NCBI GenBank assembly: GCA_041742355.1
Contig: JBGSIV010000177.1
Location: 1 to 19,062 of the forward strand
Origin: Candidatus Zixiibacteriota bacterium
GTDB lineage: Bacteria; Zixibacteria; MSB-5A5; GN15; FEB-12
Direction of reading: 5' to 3'
DNA: 19,062 bases
The notes under the pieces were generated by a model. That model searched no databases. It saw nothing but the letters and a program-made list of their open reading frames with translations, and was not told the DNA's origin. Shown one piece after another: positions 17,296-19,062 of this stretch; positions within the stretch are counted from its first letter, which is position 1, and each line of letters begins with the position of its first letter. The translations under genes and the position numbers were made by a program.

Positions 17296-17881
17296 CCACT
17301 CCTCCTTTCGGCAGTGTCCGCCGGCACGCTTATCCGTGGCTCCGGATTCACGTCGCTGGCTCGCATGAAGTTTTTATGCAGGATCACAGCTGCGGGAAAG
17401 AGCGTCTGAATGAGTCAGAATCGTTTGAACAGCGGGTACCGTCTGCTTCAGTGGTTCGGATCGTCTCCTCACACCGGAGCGAATGCGCTGCAATGCTCTT
17501 CACTCTCTGTAACCCGTCTTACGGGTGCAAGTTCCGAACAATAATTGCCGGCGCGTGCGGGAAATGGCCGCACGCTGTGCCAACGCGCGGCGGCAGGGGA
17601 CGTACCTTTTATCTAGTCCACGTTAGCGTCTTCGGCGGAGCGTTCGGACAGCGACAACCGTTCTTCGCTTCACTTTCCTGCGCCGCCTGGCGCGGTTCTT
17701 CCTTCGTCAGGGAACTTCTGCCCCTCTTGAGGCGTTGTTACCAGAGCAGCACTACTTCCCCGCCGCTTGTACCGGCACCGATCTTCCGCCGCATCAAGCT
17801 CATTCCAAACGATCTGCAAATCGAAACACAAGAATCCCCGCATTCTGTGCGAAATTTTTTTGGAGGAGCTAGCAGAACGCC

Positions 17882-19062
17882 ATGACAGAAACGGCAAAAC
17901 TCACGCACTCGTGGGAAAACGAGGAGCGTTGGCAAGGCATTACGCGACCGTATAGCGCCGAGGACGTCCTTCGGCTGCGGGGGTCGGTCCGAGTCGAATA
18001 CACCCTGGCCCGCCTCGGCGCGGAACGCCTCTGGGATCTGCTCAAAACCGAACCGGCTGTCCGGACGCTCGGCTGCCAGACCGGCAACCAGGCGGTCCAA
18101 CTGATTCAGGCCGGCCTCAAATCGATTTACGTGAGCGGCTGGCAGGTCGCTTCCGACGCCAACCTGTCCAACCACACCTACCCTGATCAGAGCCTCTATC
18201 CGGCCGACAGCGTCCCGAGCCTCGTCCGCCGGATCAACAACGCCCTCATGCGGGCCGACCAGATCGCCCACGCCGAGGGGACTAGCGACCGCATGCCGTA
18301 CTGGTATGCCCCGATCGTCGCCGACGGCGAGGCCGGTTTCGGCGGCGTCCTGAACGCTTTCGAACTGGCCAAAGCCATGATCGAAGCCGGTGCGGCCGGC
18401 CTTCACTTCGAGGATCAGCTCTCATCCGCCAAAAAGTGCGGCCACATGGGCGGCAAAGTCCTCGTCCCCACCTCGGAAGCGGTCCAGAAACTGATCGCCG
18501 CCCGCCTCGCGGCCGACGTCATGGATGTCCCCACCGTGATTATCGCCCGCACCGACGCCAACTCCTCGAGCCTCCTGACCACCGACATCGACGAAAACGA
18601 CCGCCCCTTCCTGACCGGCAAACGCACTGTCGACGGTTTCTTCGAAGTCAAAGCCGGACTCGACCAGGCGATCTCCCGCGGCCTGGCGTACGCCCCCTAT
18701 GCCGACCTGATCTGGTGCGAAACGGCCCACCCCGATCTCGACGAAGCCCGGCAGTTCGCCGAGGCAATCCACAAGGAGCACCCCCGCAAACTGCTCGCCT
18801 ACAACTGCTCCCCATCGTTCAACTGGAAGAAATTCCTTACCGACGAACAGATTGCCAGTTTCCAGAACGACCTCGCCGAAATGGGCTACAAGTTCCAGTT
18901 CGTCACCTTGGCCGGCTTCCACTCCCTCAACACGATCATGTTCGAACTCGCCCACGCCTACCGCGATGAAGGCATGATGGCCTATGCCCGCTTGCAGGAA
19001 CGGGAATTCGAACTCGAGCGCGACCACGGCTACCGCGCGATCAAACACCAGTCGTTCGTCGG
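17882..19062 (+). CDS. aceA: Isocitrate lyase (3' end beyond window)
   Basis: Not in the ORF track. Manual translation gives [54 protein letters not shown], catalytic KKCGHMGGK and [21 protein letters not shown] at 17862-17868. Confidence 0.98.
   Translation, partial: MTETAKLTHSWENEERWQGITRPYSAEDVLRLRGSVRVEYTLARLGAERLWDLLKTEPAVRTLGCQTGNQAVQLIQAGLKSIYVSGWQVASDANLSNHTYPDQSLYPADSVPSLVRRINNALMRADQIAHAEGTSDRMPYWYAPIVADGEAGFGGVLNAFELAKAMIEAGAAGLHFEDQLSSAKKCGHMGGKVLVPTSEAVQKLIAARLAADVMDVPTVIIARTDANSSSLLTTDIDENDRPFLTGKRTVDGFFEVKAGLDQAISRGLAYAPYADLIWCETAHPDLDEARQFAEAIHKEHPRKLLAYNCSPSFNWKKFLTDEQIASFQNDLAEMGYKFQFVTLAGFHSLNTIMFELAHAYRDEGMMAYARLQEREFELERDHGYRAIKHQSFV

Noticed and set aside
17566..17583. 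Sigma54 promoter (TTGGCAC…) upstream of the PEP-CTERM gene
   Set aside because: The GC is 8 nt after the GG rather than the required 10.
17280..17885. 201-aa ORF spanning the spacer and ending in an ATGA overlap with aceA
   Set aside because: Ser/Arg/Cys/Pro-rich with atypical codon use and no RBS. It overlaps the PEP-CTERM start, and aceA has its own strong RBS.
17738..19048. 222-aa and 208-aa minus-strand ORFs
   Set aside because: Antisense shadows of aceA.

Overview
GC-rich bacterial chromosomal window, mostly housekeeping and envelope genes. A SecA insertion suggests the FCB superphylum or a related lineage (inference). Order: secA (-, runs off the left edge), Bax inhibitor-1/YccA protein (-), geranylgeranyl-reductase-family flavoprotein (-), a divergent promoter region, then a + strand run of rsgA, MlaD/MCE protein, GH57 glucanotransferase, sirtuin cobB, a TPR lipoprotein with a C-terminal TonB-like domain, and pyrK-pyrD-pyrF. 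These are followed by a RimJ/RimL GNAT (-), thiol peroxidase tpx (-), a secreted beta-propeller protein (+), a tiny PEP-CTERM protein (-), and isocitrate lyase aceA (+, runs off the right edge). I found no mobile element, CRISPR array, rRNA or tRNA, and no clear multi-gene novel system. The best leads are the TPR/TonB-C lipoprotein coupled to the pyr genes, a Tpx lacking its resolving cysteine, a candidate structured RNA at about 15507-15692, a minimal PEP-CTERM protein, and short-leader or sigma28-like promoters.
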